DNA of 63,342 nucleotides from Octopus bimaculoides (taxonomy: Eukaryota): NCBI RefSeq assembly GCF_001194135.2, contig NC_068997.1, positions 4,954,207 to 5,017,548 on the forward strand, read 5' to 3'. The translations under genes were made by a program, and so were the position numbers. Every line of letters begins with the position of its first letter. Positions within the stretch are counted from its first letter, which is position 1. Below are positions 62,873-63,342 of this stretch, piece after piece. Below the pieces are notes generated by a model. The model ran no database searches and was not told the DNA's origin. It was given only the letters and a program-made list of their open reading frames with translations.

Positions 62873-63275
62873 CATCGTTTAACGTCCGTTTTCCATGCTA
62901 GCATTGGTTGGACGATTTAACTGAGGACTGGTGAAACCGGATGGCAACACCAGCCTCCAATCTGATTTGGCAGAGTTTCTACAGCTGGATGCCCTTCCTA
63001 ACGCCAATCACTCAGAGAGTGTAGTGGGTGCTTTTACGTGTCACCCGCACGAAGGCCAGTCAGGCAGTACTGGCAACGGCCATGCTCAAAATGGTGCATT
63101 TCCTGTGCCACCCGCACAAGAGCCAGTCCAGGGGCACTGGCAACGATCTCACTCGAAAATCCCATGAAGGCCAGCCAGGCGGCACTGGCAACGGTCACGC
63201 TCAATATGGTGCATTTCATGTGTCACCCGCACAAGAGCTGGTCCAGGGGCACCGGCAATGATCTCGATCGAAAAT
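62873..63275 (-). mobile_element. RTE 3' UTR/tail with a tandemly amplified internal unit
   Basis: Reverse complement of the 23.6k and 51.4k tails; an approximately 115-bp unit (two approximately 60-bp subunits) is duplicated at about 63048-63275. Confidence 0.75.
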
Positions 63276-63285
63276 ACATATATAT

Positions 63286-63342
<57 letters not shown>

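Overview
This is AT-rich animal genomic DNA from a gapped short-read assembly. The repeat landscape (tRNA-headed SINEs, RTE LINEs with (GAT)n tails, dense microsatellites) suggests a cephalopod, probably Octopus; this is inference and no search was run. Four spliced protein-coding genes can be built by hand with consistent splice phases. (1) DRG2, minus strand, exons 1-2 only; the rest lies left of the window. (2) ERI2, plus strand, 9 coding exons, 728 aa, with an intact DEDDh nuclease and a C-terminal GRF zinc finger. (3) A 141-aa CD225/dispanin-like membrane protein, plus strand, 2 coding exons. (4) COA3, minus strand, 92 aa, whose single 8.1-kb intron has U12-type (minor spliceosome) signals. 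The rest is mostly transposon debris: RTE, R4-like RLE, Penelope-like, mariner/Tc1, Tigger and Merlin/IS1595-like elements, plus SINEs. The most notable observations are three. First, three distinct repeat families carry hammerhead-ribozyme cores, including a 380-bp foldback in ERI2 intron 8 whose antisense ribozyme core is intact while the sense one is broken, and a tRNA-headed SINE with a minimal hammerhead. Second, a CpG-rich Merlin-type MITE enclosing (TTAGGG)n-like repeats sits just upstream of COA3. Third, all Merlin-type elements cluster near gene starts. No genuine tRNA or rRNA genes and no CRISPR arrays were found.
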